A stretch of 63,176 bases of DNA, counting the filler, from Halorussus marinus (lineage in GTDB: Archaea > Halobacteriota > Halobacteria > Halobacteriales > Haladaptataceae), in the NCBI RefSeq assembly GCF_004765795.1. It is 4 parts of 4 records of this genome, joined end to end, with 100 filler letters (N's around TTAATTAATTAA, not from the genome) between each part and the next. Parts side by side here need not be neighbours in the genome. Positions count along the whole stretch, not along the records: positions 49,306 to 59,671 come from NZ_SBIV01000020.1; positions 59,772 to 63,176 come from NZ_SBIV01000024.1; 2 more parts are not named here. One strand, written 5' to 3'. The position numbers were made by a program, and so were the translations under genes. Position 1 is the stretch's first letter; every line of letters begins with the position of its first letter. Below the pieces are notes generated by a model that saw nothing but the letters and a program-made list of their open reading frames with translations, had not been told where the DNA came from and ran no database searches. This document shows positions 57,774-63,176 of the stretch, in pieces.

Positions 57774-59003
57774 TTAATCCAGCGAGACGTATTCGTCTCG
57801 CGCACAGCGGTTACAGAGTTGGCTTGCACCATTGACTGGCTCCACTGTGGAAAACGTCACAGCAGGCGGCTCATGGCCACATGACGGACACGTAATCTCA
57901 CCCTCCTCGTACGGGTCAACTAGCAGATTCGGGATATTGTCTCGATAAACCTCAGCGTATTCTTTTGTGTCGTTGTCGATGTCCCACTCTTGCGTGTAAG
58001 TATCTATAACAGAGCTATCTGTATCGCCCCGAAGGCCTTGGACATATCCTTTGGCCGATCCGACTGGAACCTCATTATCGTCGATTCGTGCTCGTAATTG
58101 CGTGGTGAACCAGTGCCGACACCAGTGCGGGGTCACTCCACTTTCAACGTCCCAATTTTGTTTCTTTGCCAAGTCTCTGACTCTCTCATATATTCCATCG
58201 CAGCCTAATCTGTCCCCTGTCTCTGCACTACCCTGTGATAACGAGAATATTTTGAGAATAGGGTTAGCTGGCGACTTCGAGCTCGGAGCCAGTGCCAGGT
58301 ACCACTCGAATAAATCGACCGTCTCTTTATCAAGGGGGATTTGGCGGTACGAGTTTGGCTTATTCCCGGACTCTCGCACCTCGCCGTTGACATTATCTCC
58401 TTGACTGGTTGAGGAATCGACATATAATGTATTCGGCTTATCGCGTATTTCTGTTCTTGGTGGATCCATAACCTCAGAGATTGGCCGCTCTATGTTGATG
58501 TCCCTCTCGTCAAGGTTCGCTAGTTCTGAACGTCGCAATCCTGTTTTCAGCAGGACCACGAATATGAATAATGTGCAGGGATGCCTGATATTGGAGATCG
58601 CTTCTCGGAGAGTATCGAGGGGAACGTTGAGTTTGCTTGTTGAATCGTCGTAACTGAACGGGTCGGTGTCAAGAGCCTCCTGAAATGGATTTCCACCGCT
58701 AATTTCTGGCGTCTGTTTGAGGTCATCAATCATTTTACGCACCCGCCCTACTGACCTTTCACCGTATTTTTCTTGAATGTCTTTGGATCGTAAAAACTCA
58801 CACCACTCTAGTGCTTCTTCCTTGGTTATATTAGATAGAGTGTAGTCCTTATTTTCGAGAAATGTTTGTAGATATCTCCAGGCTTCCCGGTACACTTCTT
58901 TACTAGCTGGTTCGAGTTCTTCTCCTCGAAAAGCAAGATAGTACTCAAGAAGAGATTCGTCGTCGCGCTTAGGCCGGGTATCAGACCTGAATTCTATTGT
59001 CAT
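57774..59003 (-). CDS. Tyrosine recombinase/integrase with C-terminal Zn ribbon
   Basis: N-terminal core-binding region, KTGLRRSEL, NK, PHWCRHWF, LRGD....IDTY, CPSC..CNRC. Confidence 0.92.
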   Translation of the reverse strand: MTIEFRSDTRPKRDDESLLEYYLAFRGEELEPASKEVYREAWRYLQTFLENKDYTLSNITKEEALEWCEFLRSKDIQEKYGERSVGRVRKMIDDLKQTPEISGGNPFQEALDTDPFSYDDSTSKLNVPLDTLREAISNIRHPCTLFIFVVLLKTGLRRSELANLDERDINIERPISEVMDPPRTEIRDKPNTLYVDSSTSQGDNVNGEVRESGNKPNSYRQIPLDKETVDLFEWYLALAPSSKSPANPILKIFSLSQGSAETGDRLGCDGIYERVRDLAKKQNWDVESGVTPHWCRHWFTTQLRARIDDNEVPVGSAKGYVQGLRGDTDSSVIDTYTQEWDIDNDTKEYAEVYRDNIPNLLVDPYEEGEITCPSCGHEPPAVTFSTVEPVNGASQLCNRCARDEYVSLD

Positions 59004-59368
59004 CGGTAGATTTCAAGTCCGTCTCGATGTATTTCTGGGTCGTTCTCGACGATATCGATCATCTCATCCCGCAGGATTTGATCCCAGAACTCGTCGGTGA
59101 TCTCAACAGCATTGTCCATTCCTTCTGGGACCAGTTCCCGTATTGTAACTGGAGAAAACTCCCCGCCCGTTTCGGACGAAATTGAGTGGCGGGGGTCGTT
59201 ATTAACTGTCGACATCATCCCCAACTTCAAGAAAATCCGTGCAGCTTCGGCATCGGTGCTGAATCCGTATTGTTCCTTCAACTTATCGAACATTTCCCGA
59301 TCTGGATTTGGTAATTCTGTCCCGATCTTGTCGTCCTGCTCGGGGAGATTTACCACTAGTGCGTCCAT
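59000..59368 (-). CDS. Small protein coupled to the integrase (possible RHH accessory factor)
   Basis: ATGA overlap; helix pair FDKLKEQYGFSTDAEAARIFL. Confidence 0.7.
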   Translation of the reverse strand: MDALVVNLPEQDDKIGTELPNPDREMFDKLKEQYGFSTDAEAARIFLKLGMMSTVNNDPRHSISSETGGEFSPVTIRELVPEGMDNAVEITDEFWDQILRDEMIDIVENDPEIHRDGLEIYR

Positions 59369-59544
59369 ACTCAGTATTACTCACGCAGGACAAAAAGCTT
59401 TCATATTGAACCAAGAGTCTCAGTTACTATTGGTTTAAAGTGAATATAATTCTCATTCAACCAAGAGAACAGGCACCCGATAATTGTCAACAAAACAAAT
59501 AGCAAGACGGCAACAGGGCATACATCTAATTTGTAATGTCCGAC

Positions 59545-59671
59545 TTTGTAGTCATTCAAATCATCCGAGAATCCGCTGCTCGCGCGCGCCCGTCGCACCA
59601 ACATAGCCCTCGCTCTGAAGTTGGTGATTTCACGGTGTAGAAGGCCGCTACTCAGACAGTAGATGGGTAGA
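59545..59671. mobile_element. Second copy of the 127-bp probable IS terminus
   Basis: Identical to 49079-49205. Confidence 0.7.
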
Positions 59672-59771
59672 NNNNNNNNNNNNNNNNNNNNNNNNNNNNN
59701 NNNNNNNNNNNNNNNTTAATTAATTAANNNNNNNNNNNNNNNNNNNNNNNNNNNNNNNNNNNNNNNNNNNN
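59672..59771. other. Artificial contig linker
   Basis: Ns + TTAATTAATTAA. Confidence 0.98.
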
Positions 59772-59902
59772 GAGCCGAACCGTGTCCCTTAAGTGGGAGA
59801 CGGAGAAATGCTCTAATCCGAAGACCGATGCACTACCCCGTGAAAGCGCGGGTAGGAAGGGTTCGACGCACGCTCCCTCAACCACCGGGACGTGGCGATG
59901 AC

Positions 59903-59962
59903 AACCGTATGTACGTGCAATCCAGGCGTCCACTGGATCCGAGTAACCGGGTCACAGTGCGA
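59903..59962 (+). other. 5' arm of the 23S rRNA processing stem (bulge-helix-bulge)
   Basis: GTACGTGCAATCCAG-GCGT-CCA-CTGGATCCGAG pairs with CTCGGATCCAG-GCGC-AAA-CTGGATTGCACGTAC at 62921-62953. Confidence 0.85.
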
Positions 59963-59981
59963 TGCAATTCATTCCAACAGC

Positions 59982-62895
<2,914 letters not shown>

Positions 62896-62900
62896 TTGAC

Positions 62901-62963
62901 TCGCACTGGGATCCGGATTGCTCGGATCCAGGCGCAAACTGGATTGCACGTACCATACGGTTG
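62901..62963 (+). other. 3' arm of the 23S processing stem
   Basis: Complementary to 59903-59962. Confidence 0.85.
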
Positions 62964-63025
62964 TTAGGAATCGTCGAATCACCGACTGTGGTCAGTTGGT
63001 CGCGGTTCGATTCCGCGAGTCGGCG

Positions 63026-63148
63026 TTAAGGCGGCCAGAGCGGCGGGGCGACACCCGTACCCATCCCGAACACGGAAGTTAAGCCCGCCTGCGTATCGAG
63101 GAGTACTGGAGTGGGCGACCCTCTGGGAAATTCGATTCGCCGCCTGCC
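63026..63148 (+). rRNA. rrf: 5S ribosomal RNA
   Basis: TTAAGGCGGCCA...CCCATCCCGAACACGGAAGTTAAGC...CGCCGCCT. Confidence 0.97.
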
Positions 63149-63176
63149 ATTCATAGGTGTTAAGCCCGCACGGACA

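Noticed and set aside
62980..63025. tRNA gene suggested by GGTTCGATTCC (a similar GGTTCGA occurs near 59860)
   Set aside because: No D or anticodon arms; these are rRNA-spacer processing structures.

Overview
Haloarchaeal (class Halobacteria) DNA made of four contigs joined by artificial 100-nt N/TTAATTAATTAA linkers (27603-27702, 49206-49305, 59672-59771), so adjacency across the gaps is not biological. Contig 1 (1-27602, ending in IS5-family IS ends) holds a metal island (accessory TFB, CDF exporter, Zn/Cd P1B-ATPase, a DyP-like + two FetP/P19-like Tat lipoprotein iron-uptake-like cluster). It also has a small histone-fold gene, xseAB and a VirB2/VirB6/VirB4-like transfer module. Contig 2 (27703-49205) is megaplasmid backbone: a five-gene BREX-related defence operon (RHH, DUF499-like ATPase, PglZ-like, DUF1156-like methylase, small protein), repH with a hairpin-rich upstream region, an ISH11-like IS, a catalytic + pseudo-catalytic tyrosine-recombinase pair, and parA plus a partner gene with 9-bp repeat arrays. 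Contig 3 holds IS6, IS630 and an IS1595 remnant, an xseA pseudogene, an operon ending in an Mrr-like nuclease, and an integrase. Contig 4 is a 23S-5S rRNA operon segment. Best novelty candidates: the recombinase pair (42803-45070), the effector-less BREX-like operon (30820-37725), the centromere-like array inside a coding sequence (46302-46373), and the iron cluster with a cysteine-free NapH/FtrD-like membrane protein. Family names come from motif recognition by eye, not database searches.
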